Source: Octopus vulgaris (taxonomy: Eukaryota). From it: a stretch of 64,000 nt of DNA. Shown here piece after piece: positions 50,710-62,699 of this stretch (the stretch's first letter is position 1; every line of letters begins with the position of its first letter). Made by a program: the position numbers and the translations under genes. The stretch lies in assembly GCA_951406725.2 (NCBI GenBank), contig OX597814.1:174964001-175028000 (forward strand), given 5' to 3'. The notes under the pieces were generated by a model, which saw nothing but the letters and a program-made list of their open reading frames with translations, did not search any database and was not told where the DNA came from.

Positions 50710-51830
50710 TCAAATCAAACCAAATCAAAATAGATGAACATCAATGGAATTTGTATCTTTGTGGTACCAGTACCGGTGGCACACAAGAAAACCATCCGAA
50801 TGTGGCCGTAGCCAGTACCGCATCGACTGGCCTCTGTGATGTGGGCACATAACAAACACCATCCGATCGTGGCCGTCAGCCAGCCTCATCTGGCACCTGT
50901 GTCGGTGGCACATAAAAACACCAACCGAAGACCCGGCAAGACTAGTCAGGCCATAACCCGTGGCCCCTACTTGGGACGTAGTCAGTCCACCTGTGCATAC
51001 CTTCCTTCCTTCTTGTGACACTTGTGAAGACCTGTTGAGGCAAGTGAAAATCAAATCAAATCAAATCAAAATAGATGAACATCAATGGAATTTGTATCTT
51101 TGTGGTACCAGTGCCGGTGGCACACAAGAAAACCATCCGAACGTGGCCGTAGCCAGTACCGCATCGACTGGCCTCTGTGCTGTGGGCACGCAACAAACAC
51201 CATCCGATCGTGGCCGTTCGCCAGCCTCATCTGGCACCTGTGTCGGTGGCACATAAAAACACCATCCGAAGACCCGGCAAGACTAGTCAGGCCATAACCC
51301 GTGGCCCCTACCTGGGACGTAGTCAGTCCACCTGTGCATACCTTCCTTCTTGTGACACTTGTGAAGACCTGTTGAGACAAGTGAAAATCAAATCAAAACA
51401 AATCAAAATAGATGAACATCAATGGAATTTGTATCTTTGTGGTACCAGTGCCGGTGGCACACAAGAAAATCATCCGAACGTGGCCGTAGCCAGTACCGCA
51501 TAGACTGGCCTCCGTGCTTTGGGGACGTAACAAACACCATCCGATCGTGGCCGTCCGCCAGCCTCATCTGGCACCTGTGTCGGTGGCACATAAAAACACC
51601 ATCCGAGCGTGGCCGTTCGCCAGCCTCGTCTGGCACCTGTGTCGGTGGCACATAAAATCACCCACTACACTCTCGGAGTGGTTGGCGTTAGGAAGGGCAT
51701 CCAGCTGTAGAAACACTGCCAGATCTGACTGGCCTGGTGCAGCCTTCGGGCTCCCCAGACCCCAGTTGAACCGTCCAACCCATGCTAGCATGGAAAACGG
51801 ACGCTAAATGATGATGATGATGATGATGAT
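50710..51830 (+). repeat. ~340-bp tandem array (2 full units plus 1 partial) merging into a young RTE 3' tail
   Basis: TAGATGAACATC at 50731, 51072 and 51409 (periods 341 and 337); CpG-rich; ends CCATGCTAGCATGG...(TGA)n. Confidence 0.92.
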
Positions 51831-51840
51831 ATATATATAT

Positions 51841-52218
51841 AATAGAAATATTAAAATTACTAAGTCTCTCTGAAGGAGATTACGGCAGCGTTACTGGATG
51901 TTAATAGTTATCGCCATGCTAATATGGCAGTCTAAATATAAGACTAATTTCCACTGTAACTAGGTAAATAAAATCTTCGAACAGACGGTCAGTAGCGACA
52001 CCTGCTGGTTCTGACTACACTGCATTGATAAAGGGCAACAACTCTGAAACATGTCTGCTGATGTCTGACTAGCAAGGTGAAGCGGCTGACCTCCCCTGTT
52101 CGAAGGTTGTAATGGACGCAGGTTCATGTGTCATATAGCTAGCTAGAAGCGGTGGCCTCTTGGAGCTAATCAGCGACAGCTTTAGTCTTATATTTAGACT
52201 GCCATATTAGTATGGTGA

Positions 52219-52224
<6 letters not shown>
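51841..52224. mobile_element. Foldback element between (TA)n tracts with 43-bp inverted repeats and a central hammerhead-like motif
   Basis: 51905-51947 vs 52182-52224 match at 41/43; inner inverted repeat 51972-51984 / 52096-52108; motif at 52022-52058. Confidence 0.75.
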
Positions 52225-52290
<66 letters not shown>

Positions 52291-53050
52291 AATGAATTTG
52301 TATATTTTATTGCTTGCTATCATAGCAGGAATGAGATTTGCAAATTTGGACATTTTCCTTTTTTTTAAATTCTTTTTACATCTAATTACTCAGTTATGAA
52401 ACCTAATGCTAGCAGCTTTTTACAGTGGCTCTAGCAACAGTAAAAACAAATAATAACAATGTTATTGGATTTGTAGTAATTTCCTGAGAATTGATCTTCT
52501 AACATCTCTGTCTAGATAAAGTATTCTTTTTAGCCACAAAAGCATATTCTGCAATACAAATCTTCAAATGTTGAACCTCAAATGTGGACAACTGAACATG
52601 CCCTTTAACTTTTATGCCAGCAATTAATATTTTGTGGCAGCTGTGTTTAATTACAGGCTAACTTCAAAAACTAATTTCTGTCTTATATTATTTACACACC
52701 AAAAGGTAGACAAATCATTTAAAAATATTTTTATTGTTTTCTTATACAAAGCCTTGATTGTAAATTCTTGTAAGAGATTGGCATCATAGAGATTTTAATG
52801 ATCTAGATGCAACTTTAATATATTTCATATGAAGATTGCTAAAAGACAATTCTCTCACCTCCCTCTAGAAAATCATCCAAAAATTGAGCCAATCAGTAGG
52901 CTCTGCTTTGTGTCAAAGTCCATTAAAAGATGATTCTCTTCCACTACCATTTGTTGCCATAATATTTCTCACTCATATACACATTATTGGAGACTGTAAC
53001 AAATATATATTTAACAGACATACAATTTTTATGTCTTTTTCTATCATATA

Positions 53051-53445
53051 GGCGCAGGAGTGGCTGTGTGGTAAGTAGCTTGCTAACCAACCACATGGTT
53101 CCGGGTTCAGTCCCACTGCGTAGCATCTTGGGCAAGTGTCTTCTGCTATAGCCCCGGGCCGACCAATGCCTTGTGAGTGGATTTGGTAGATGGAAACTGA
53201 AAGAAGCCCGTCGTATATATATATATATATATATGTATATGTGTGTATGTGTGTTTGTCCCCTTAGCATTGCTTGACAACCGATGCTGGTGTGTTTACGT
53301 CCCTGTCACTTAGCAGTTCGGCAAAAGAGACAGATAGAATAAGTACTGGGCTTACAATGAATAAGTCCCGGAGTCGATTTGCTCGACTAAAGGCGGTGCT
53401 CCAGCATGGCCACAGTCAAATGACTGAAACAAGTAAAAGAGAGAA
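53051..53445 (+). mobile_element. SINE family A, young full-length copy
   Basis: TGGCTGTGTGG A-box-like, GGTTCAGTCCC B-box-like, CTTGGGCAAGTG core. Confidence 0.9.
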
Positions 53446-53511
53446 AAGAGAGATACACATACACAAAAATAGGCAATTAGATAATTAGATAAAATAGATA
53501 ATTGTGGATGT

Positions 53512-53942
53512 TGGCATAAGTGTGAGATAAGAAATTTGCTTTCCAGCCTCTTGGTTTCAGGTTCATTTCCACTGTGTGGCACTTTGGCCAGTGTCTTCTA
53601 TTATAACCTTGAGTCAACTAAAGCCTTGTGAGTGGATTTGGTAGATGGTAACTGAAAAAAGCCCATTGTATGTATGTGTTTGTGTGCATGTGCATGTGTT
53701 ACTGTCTCCTTGCCTTGATTTCACATGATATTTATAAACAAGTGTCATTGTCATGCAAACAGAGTCCTTAGTTTCCAATCTTTCATGAAAGTATGCCTGA
53801 TTATGGGGAAATATTACTTTGCTTGGAGACAGGTAGGGTTGGTGATAGGAAGGGCATCTGGCTGTAGAAAAATGCACCACAACAAATTCCTCTGATGCAC
53901 ACAAGCATGGAAAAGTGGACGTTAAAATGATTATGATGATGA

Positions 53943-53976
<34 letters not shown>

Positions 53977-53996
53977 GGTGGTGGTGGTGGTGGTGG

Positions 53997-54043
<47 letters not shown>
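53512..54043 (+). mobile_element. SINE family B with expanded (GAT)n(GGT)n(GAT)n tail
   Basis: Head as family A; ends CAAGCATGGAAAAGTGGACGTTAAAA plus a trinucleotide tract. Confidence 0.8.
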
Positions 54044-55049
54044 CATATATAACATATGTTCATTGTTAAGTCATCCAGATTATATTTTTCTCAAATTAAA
54101 TATATAACATCTTTCTCATCCTTCTATTTGAGAAAGCATATGCAACCTTTATTTATCAGAAAACTATCACATATACATATACTTTTCAGATTCACATAAA
54201 ATGAATTGTAGGGAGCCTCATCAAGGTTAGTCAACTCAGACTGCAAGAAATAACAGCAAAGTATTCAAGTCATTCCTAATGTCTTAAAAAGAAAAGACAT
54301 ATGATAATGTAGTCCTTGATACACTACATCTCTGAAATAAATGATTGCAAAAAATTTGATCATATGACAGTTGACCTGCTCAATGATAGTTGATCTGAGC
54401 TTAGCAGTAACTCTAATCCTCATCAAGTGAAGATGGAATAAAATGAAATCATTTTCATATATAAGTAAAAACAGGTAGAAAGAGGCAGAATCTAAACTTG
54501 AGTATTGAATGTTGGTTCCTATATTTTCTAGCATGTCAAACATTTCAAACTAAACTTTACAGCCAAAATAGGTAGGTTGACTTTGGAGGATCAACAATTC
54601 TGTGTGAAATGCAGCAGTGTTTGGAAAGATAGTGTTGATGCTTGAATGTTCACACTATATACTATGTTGACTTGTATGCTGAAAATACAGTAAGCCTATT
54701 AACCATTATAGAAATATTGTGACATGCTATCCATTAATTTGTTTTTATGGGAGACAGAATCTTTATGAAAAAAACTTTTTAACCTTTAAAAATTTGCTAC
54801 TGTGCTGCAAATACTCAATGTAAACCACATTCATTTAAGTTTTACAATACCAGGCTACAATAGCTCTCTTACGTAGTCTATGTCTAACTCCCAAAATTAA
54901 TAAAACTTTTTGGAATAATCAACAACATGCTGATTATTATGGATCTTTCAACATTATAGAATCAAATGTGCCAACTTTCTTTAGATTTTTTTTCTTTTGC
55001 CTCGTGGTATTTGTTTTAACGCTTTATACTCTAAATTTAAATGCCATTT

Positions 55050-55740
55050 GGTCTACCTTAACTTTCAACAAAAGAATGATGAAAATGTACCCATTCAATG
55101 GTGGTGAATAGAACTTGTAGCATAGACTCTATATATACATTTGAACATAGCAGGGACCAACTGGCTTTTGGCTGCTGTTTGTATCCCATTGTGCCCACTA
55201 CTCTGATTGGTTGGTATTGGCACAATTTGTCTCTTACTCTGTTGTGCCAACTGACCATGGATAGCCAGTCAGAGACTTTAGATAGCATCATGTGAACAAC
55301 CTTTTTCAAACCCTATTTCATGCCTACCACTTTCTATAAAAACCCAGCTTTTTCCTCAATACATATCTTTGCTTCCTGACCTTTTAAGGTCAAGCCACTG
55401 ACCACGTAGACACAGCCAGTTACAGTGACGACTCCACAGCAGCTACATTGAGACTTACCAACTTTGTCCAACAGCATTATAGCAACCTCTATCTTCGTCA
55501 TCACCATGATGTCCTTAGCATTGTCAACATCATCTCTCTATGTACACAGCTCAGCAAGCAACTCGCCCAGGTTCCAACACTTCTCTATTCATGAATTACT
55601 TCACCATGGATCAACAATGAATATACAACCAGCAAGAACTCCTGTACCAAGTGACCCAGGTAGCAGCATCACAGCCACAACTTCATGTACGACATGTACC
55701 GGCAACTGGCTCAGCATCATGACCGCAACTTCTTGATACA
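55050..55740 (+). mobile_element. Possible highly decayed Gypsy integrase C-terminal relic
   Basis: Fragmentary residues resembling a GPY/F module and S..LKPAF; many disablements. Confidence 0.3.
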
Positions 55741-56289
55741 GTATTTCAACTACTGTGTATAAATGACTATGAACTGGTATTATTTATCTTACTTGTGTCT
55801 ATGAACATTTTTCTCACTTCTCTTTATAAACTCTTTCACTGCCTACTTATCAATATCCTTAAACATACACAACACACACACACATCCATGCCTATACACA
55901 CACGCGCATAAACTTTCTTCTCATGACAGCCTGTCAATTTATTTCTGTATCCATGACACCACACAGACACATGTTATTATATCAATAAATCTTCTCTTAA
56001 TCATTCTATGTGTTTGTGTCTCCATTTTCTCTATGGCACTTATATGTACCATTCAATTATGTATTTATTGTTTCAACTGTGTGATGTACTAAAGAGCAAT
56101 TCTTGTCACCTCACACCACACAGTTCCTACAAACTGAAAGAACATTGGACCAGATGCACAGCAGTTTTTGTTCCTGCTCTTTGCAGTCTGAGTTCATTCT
56201 GCTATGGTATACCTGGGGAGAATCTGTTATCTAATTTAACACTGCCACCTGGCACCATGGCTGCCTTTAGCAGAATCTATTCTGTTATA

Positions 56290-56799
56290 AGCATTTGGGC
56301 AAGTTGCTTTTACCAAAAGTCCTCTCTCAAATGCTTCAAAAACATTGCAGTAGAATTCTAGATTAATGGTCTGGCCCCTATGGAATGAATTCTCAATGCA
56401 CAATGCCACATTTCTGGGGGTGATGCTTGTAGCAGGTCTTCCAGATGGCTCATCATCTTCGAGGGACATTCTTCCACTTTTGCCCCCGTGCCACTTGAAA
56501 CATTGTCTCATTGCCATAAGCTTGCTGAAGCATGCTCAATGTCTCTGTAGCAGACTTCACATGTTTAATGCAAAATTTCAGGCTGGTTCTTTGTTCCTGT
56601 CCATGACAAAATTACAGACTCTGCATACATGTGATTACAAAAACACAATTTTCACAACTTGCAAAGTGAACACAGTAATGCCACTTGGCACACTGCCTCA
56701 TGACAATTGCTGCTATCTCTCGCTGTGCAAGCAACCATGTACTGTCATCTGTTGATGCAGAACTACAGAACTAGTCCGAGAACTTTTTGATACCACCTC
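56290..56799 (-). mobile_element. Internally deleted mariner relic
   Basis: TIR-like GAGGTGGTATCAAAAAGTT; KFC.K..KSATETL.ML.QAYG, SLEDDEPSGRP and GQTINLEFYC motifs. Confidence 0.8.
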
Positions 56800-56890
56800 A
56801 AAGACGAAGGGACATAGAGGTGGCAAAAGATAGCAAACAAAAACTTATAATAGCTAGGAAAAAATTGAAAGGAAGTTGAACAGAATATAA

Positions 56891-56948
56891 TTAACCCTTT
56901 AACATTTAAACTGTCCATTTCAGACCTGCTTAAATGCTAAAGGGTTAA
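56891..56948. mobile_element. Minimal TTAA-flanked piggyBac-type MITE (50-bp core)
   Basis: TTAA-CCCTTTAACATTTAA...TTAAATGCTAAAGGG-TTAA. Confidence 0.7.
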
Positions 56949-57409
56949 CTAAAATACATCAGTATATCTGGCAAAGTGAATAGCAAACAAGAGAAGTAGG
57001 CTTAGAGTAGAGGGGACTCTACATGACCACATCTATAGTGCTGGCGGCATGATAAATGCACCCAATACATACTATAAAGTGGTTGGTGGTAGATAGAGCA
57101 TCCAGACATAGAAACCAATCTAAAATTGAACAGATGTGGGTGAAGTCTTCAGGCTCATCTAGGTTGGCAGTAACTCCTGATACAAACTGTTCCAGATTCT
57201 AACAACCCATAACAGCATTGAAAGCTGACGTAAAATGAGTGTGTGCATTATACATACATTTGTGTGTGTGTATGTGTGTGTAATATGAGGTAGGTATGTA
57301 TCTCCTCTACACCAAGACAGCTGTTCCTCAATCACTTTAATCTCACAACACCTGGCACAAATCCACCTCCTCAATACTACTTCTTCAATCAGCTGAGTGG
57401 TGAGGTCTA

Positions 57410-57642
57410 TCTTGCAAGTTACTTAGTGATCTCCCTAATGCAGGTGCCATGAAAAAAAGCACCCAGTACATTCTACAAAGTGGTTGGTGTTAGCAAGGGT
57501 ATCCAATCATAGAAACCATGCCAAAGCAGACACTGGAGTTCAATGTAGCCCAGTGGCTCACTGGATACTGTCAAAACTGTCAAACCTGTGCCAGCATGGA
57601 AGATGGATGTTAAATGATGATGGTGATGAAGCTGGTGATGAT
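57410..57642 (+). mobile_element. RTE 3' tail (another copy at ~57040-57240)
   Basis: GGTGCCAT.AAAAAAGCACCCAG...TGCCAGCATGGAA...(TGA)n. Confidence 0.7.
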
Positions 57643-57927
57643 GTCTGTCTCACACACAAGAGAAGGTTTATGTCTACTCATGACTTCATAGGCACCTAAA
57701 ACAAATAGCATTTACCTGCTACTAACTCATTCTCAGTTCTGAGTGACAGCTGTTGTAGCAATACACACACACATGAGCACGCGTGCACACACACACACAA
57801 ACATATATATACACACATACACACACACACATTTACACACAGTGTATTTACTGTATTACTACAAATACAGAAGCATACACAATTAGACTCCTACTGAAAT
57901 ATATAATATTCTCTGGAAATAAACAAA

Positions 57928-58300
57928 CTCTTACTCTTTTACTTGTTTCAGTCATTTGACTGTGGCCATGCTGGAGCACCACCTTTAGGCGAGCAAATCA
58001 ACTCCAGGACTTATTCTTTGTAAGCCTAGTACTTATTCTATCGGTCTCTTTTGCCAAACTGCTAGGTTACGAGGGACGTAAACACAACAGCATCGGTTGT
58101 CAAGTGATGTTGATGGAACAAACACATCACACAAACATATACACACACATATATATATACATATATACAACGTGCTTCTTTCAGTTTCTGTCTACCAAGT
58201 CCACTCAAAGACTTTGGTCGATCCGAGGCTATAGTAGAAGACACTTGCCCAAGGTACCACGCAGTGGGAATGAACCCGGAACCACACAGCCACTCCTGCA
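57928..58300 (-). mobile_element. SINE family A (small deletion in head)
   Basis: Matches the other copies. Confidence 0.85.
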
Positions 58301-59389
58301 TAGTAACAAAAAATTTGAATCCATTCATGGATTTCTTACAAATTTACCTTGAATAGACATAAACTATCTTCAGTGATAGAAAGGACAAAAAAACAAAAGT
58401 TACCTAGTTTCAACATTTTAATATAAAAATGTACAAAAAAGACAGTATCAACTATATCAAACATTGATGTTCTGAATGAAAAGTTTAAACTGAGCTATAT
58501 TTAATATAATTGTAATTTTTTGTATTATTAACCTCAATTAAGGAGATGAAACTTGCTTCCAACATTTACATTTGGCAAGGCAGTGAGCTGGCAGAGTCAC
58601 TACCATGCACTGAGGTCAACTTTGCCTTTCATCCTTTCAGGATTAATAAAATAGGTACCAATTGATCACTGGGGCTGATGTCATCAATTCCCCACCTTGC
58701 TCTGAAATTTTTGGCCTTGTGCCATAATTGGAAGCCAATATTTACATCTGGTTTTTGGTGTTTATACCAAAAATAATGAAACAATTATCATCACTAAAGA
58801 CGAAGTAAAGATTTTTAAAAATGTAATCTTTTTTTACATCTGGCATAAAAAATATAAAAACCAATGAAAAACTTTTTCTCTCTGTTTTTGTTCATGGATA
58901 TATTGTGTGTGTAACAAGAAGGTTGGAAGGACAATACCACATTTAAGAAGGTTCCAGATATAAGTGTTTACGTGGATGTAAGCAATATCAGAAGGCAATG
59001 TTTTCTTAGTTAATAAACATCACAATTTATGTGTGTAGTGTTTACATGTAAATATCTGTATTCATGTAGTGTTAAGGTAGGTTTGTGTGTCTGTGTGTAA
59101 TGTTGGCATGGGTTGTGTGTGTGTATGTGTGTGTGAGTCTGTGGTGTGTATATGTGTATTTATATTCATATATACAATTATCATGGGATAAACTATATTT
59201 TGAACTCCGTGAGTGTAGTGGGTGCTTTTTACGTGCCACCCGCAACAGTTAAACACTGAAGAATTGAGAAAGGAACTAAACATGAAAAGCTGTTGGTTGA
59301 TGAAAGTAAGAAAGATAGCTAAATTGGTATTAACATTGATAGAAAACTGTTGAGAAAGTCTGGACCTAATAATATAGTTGGTGTGCAAT

Positions 59390-60560
59390 GGTATATTCTA
59401 TTCAGTTGTGCCTGGGGAGAGTCATTTTCTTTTTGTTCCTTATAATGTAACACGCTCATTGGTAAAATTTCCATTTATTTCTTGTTTTTATTTTCCTAAA
59501 ATTTTCGTTGCATCTTGCAACCTTTTCAATAGTCTTGGCTCTGTCCGTTATTTACACTGCGTTCCTTTTTGTTTGTTTGTGTGCATGTGTGTGGGTCAGT
59601 GTGCATGTGTGTGTGCCTATGCATGCATGCATGTATGTATGTATGTGTGTATGTATGTATGCGTTTGTATGTATGTATGTATATGTGTGTGTGTGCATCT
59701 GTATATATGTATCCAGTATATTCATGTGCTTGCATGTCCGTGTTTGTGTATTTTCTATGTATGTGTGTGTGAGTGTGTGTTTGTATATGTATACAACTCT
59801 GTCTCCTTGTGTGTGTGTGTGTTATGCAACTATGTTCCATGTATGTATGTATGGATGTGCATCTCTATGTGTGGATCCGTGGATCCATATGTGTCCTTGT
59901 GTGGAGTAAAGTGTGTGTGTATATATATGGTCATGTGTGTCAGTCTCCATTTGTATATGTGTGCTTGTCTGCTCTTATAATCTATGTTCCTATCCATCTG
60001 TATGTTGATCTGTTTATTTTCATATCCATATGCTTACATACAATAAAAAAAAATTCATGTGCATACACACACACTCACACCCACACCCACACATACTTCT
60101 ATCTACATAAATCTACATAACAGTCCTCTAACTATTCTACTCTACCTGTGTAAACTGTGGGTATGGAGGTATTATATCTACTATGTATATTTCCTGTTTA
60201 GTATTGGGAGGTTTTATTTATAAGGACATACTCCCATATTTGTCTGAATGTTGGGTCTTTTAGGTGCTTGGATAAGATGCAGATGTCAAGTTGACCTAAC
60301 TTGCCTCTATGATGGTCTTTGGCATGTTGGTAGAGTATGGAAGGTACAAAAAGAAAATGACTCTCCCCAGACACAACAGAATATGCTTCAACACATAAAC
60401 TCATATAAAGAATCTTGCAAACCAAATCCAAAAATAGTATATTCTATGTTTAACTATTTAAATATTATGGGCATCTACTGTGAAGTGGATATTTTCCTCA
60501 ACATGAGGGATTTTCAGTGGAAGAACAAAAAGGTAGACGGATACAATAAAAATAAGTTAT
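59390..60560. mobile_element. Penelope-like relic: inverted ~44-bp segments, hammerhead-like motif, GIY-YIG-like C-terminal peptide, long (TG/TA)n tract
   Basis: 59398-59441 is inverted relative to 60341-60383; motif at 59496-59532 (-); peptide SILYQHAKDHH...KDPTFRQIWEYVLIN at ~60200-60340 (-). Confidence 0.5.
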
Positions 60561-60649
60561 TGCTAATGTATTAGAATTTGATAATCGAATAGTTAAATCA
60601 TTGTTAACACGCAGAGACCATTAAAAAGCTAACTAAAAATAATTTAAGT

Positions 60650-60958
60650 GGTTCCAGGTTCAGTCCCACTGCACGGCACCTTGGGCAAGTATCTTTTTGG
60701 GCTGAACAAAGCCTTGTGAGGGGATTCAGTAGATGGAAATTGGAAGAAGCTCATTGTATGTATGTGTGAGTGTGTCTTTGTTTTTGTCCTCCATCACCAC
60801 TTGACAAGTGGTATTTGTTTGTTTACATCCCTTTAACTTAGTGGTTCAGCAAAAGAGACTAATAGAATAAGTAGTAAGCTTTAAAAAAAAAGTTTTTCAA
60901 AGTGGTGCTACAGCATGGCTGCAGTCTAATGAGTGAAACAAGTAAAAGATAAAAGATA
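60650..60958 (+). mobile_element. SINE family A (5'-truncated)
   Basis: GGTTCAGTCCCACTGC...GAAACAAGTAAAAGATAAAAG. Confidence 0.8.
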
Positions 60959-61214
60959 AGCATGAGAGACAAATCCAGTCATGTTTTCTTGACCTCATCA
61001 ATGAAGCATAACCTTTGCTGTGCTTGACGAAGTATTAATGAGAAAATCCATAAGTAAATGCATAAGATCAATGTATCCAAACTACTGGCACACCAATATG
61101 CTATGTCCTTTGTCCTTTCAGCCATTACAATATAGTTTTCTTCTTTACAACAATGTTCTCTGTTTGGTTGAGCTTTCTAAATATGTCACCTCATGTAATC
61201 CAAATTGATGGACT

Positions 61215-61645
61215 TGTAATGGAAGGCAAGGTTTACGATATCGGAAGAATATTGTCTTCTTCCATCGTCTTTTTGTTCTTCGTGTAGTTCAGGCTTCCAG
61301 CAGGCGAAGAGAGAAAACTTCAAGTACAAATGTTATTTATAACTGCTTTATTTACAGGTTTTACAGGATAGGTGAAGTGTGATGCTCTCAGCTACCATCT
61401 TTAGCTGTGTGCGTTGCGTAGTAGCTCCATTAGTGCAGGCACATTGCCTCTGGAGATACAACATATAGACAGGTCCAGCCAGTGCTGCTGAAAGGTGGCG
61501 CCAAAAAGAGAGAGATTTGAATCAGGTGTTTCCTTGATATAGAGTTTCCATCATGAGCCTCGTCATGATCTCGCACATGGCAAATGGATGCAGGTAAGGT
61601 CTCACTCCAGTCTCGGAGATGACGCTAACTGCTTGTGCCACTACA
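61215..61645 (-). mobile_element. Solo LTR (431 bp), Gypsy-like
   Basis: TGTAATGG...CCACTACA termini (7/8 inverted), 4-bp TSD GACT on both sides, AATAAA on the minus strand at 61347-61352. Confidence 0.82.
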
Positions 61646-61954
61646 GACTAATCTCTTTTCCTTTATAACAGCTATAATGTCATGCTCTTCATATTATATC
61701 TTTCATATATTAACTCTTGATTTCAACAAAACTTCTTTTGACTGTGTGTATTTTATGGATTGCTCTTCCCACCCATATGTTTCATCTATCAACCAACCTG
61801 CAACATTTCAAATTAAATATTAACTATTTTAACACCATCAGATATTCTGGCCCTTGATCTAACAGGAGCTTAGAATAGCAATGGTCACTGACCCACTATT
61901 TTTAGATAAGTAAATAAATAGCTAAATAATGTATTTTTTAATATAAATATTTTA

Positions 61955-62292
61955 AAGGGTAAAGACCCCCTTCGGTCATGAATGACCATGGGATTGCACC
62001 TAGAAAGTTACCCTCCTAGACACAAGTCCGGGCAAGGTTGTTTGTGGAAGGCGAGCAGTCGCCCATGCATACCAGCCTCCCCTCTCCACGCCACCAGTGT
62101 TATCCAAGGGAAAGGCAAAGGTCGATACAGCTTGGCACCTGTGACGTCGCAACTCATTTCTACAGCTGAGTGAACTGGAGCAATGTGAAATAAAGTGCCT
62201 TGCTCAAGAACACAACACGCAGCCCGGTCCGGGATTCAAGCTCACAACCTCACGATCGTAAGCTCGACGCTCTAACCACTGAGCCATGCGCC
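61955..62292 (-). mobile_element. tRNA-derived SINE (family-D head and core, different tail)
   Basis: GGCGCATGGCTCAGTGGTTAGAGCG...TTACGAT...GAATCCC head; core shared with 46999-47262; ends TTTACCCTTT. Confidence 0.88.
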
Positions 62293-62699
62293 TTCTTATA
62301 TTTTAATTTAAAATAAATAGATAAATATTTTTTTTTTATTAATATAAATTTCAAAATCAGTAGAATATCTTAGTAATAAAAATAATCTTCTGCTACTTTC
62401 ATAATAGAAACAATCTACTGCTACATAAGAAATGGGAAAAATCTACTGCTTCCAGTGAATCTAAAAAAAAAAAGGTTTTGACTGATCATAATACAAAACA
62501 TTACATGGCATACTTACCCTATTGATTCTCCGTCAGTTAAGCTGAAATTTTATTGACTGCACTATTTAAGCATTCATTGTTTGTATTGTTTACATAATAC
62601 TGAGTTCCTACCAACTCTTCTTCTCTATCATCAGCATTACTAGTGTCATAGTTTTAACATCTATTTTTCATACTGGTATGAGTTGGAGAGATATATTGC

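Noticed and set aside
50710-51660. CRISPR-like repeat-spacer appearance and many overlapping ORFs
   Set aside because: The 'spacers' are homologous to each other, no cas genes are present, and the array is continuous with an RTE tail in eukaryotic DNA.
53801-54055. Poly-His ORF (and the overlapping poly-Ile/Thr ORF)
   Set aside because: Translation of the (GAT)n(GGT)n SINE tail.
59378-60120. Cys/Val-rich ORFs up to 200 aa
   Set aside because: Degenerate (TG)n microsatellite.
62220-62292. tRNA gene
   Set aside because: No proper acceptor stem or terminator; it continues into a SINE core.
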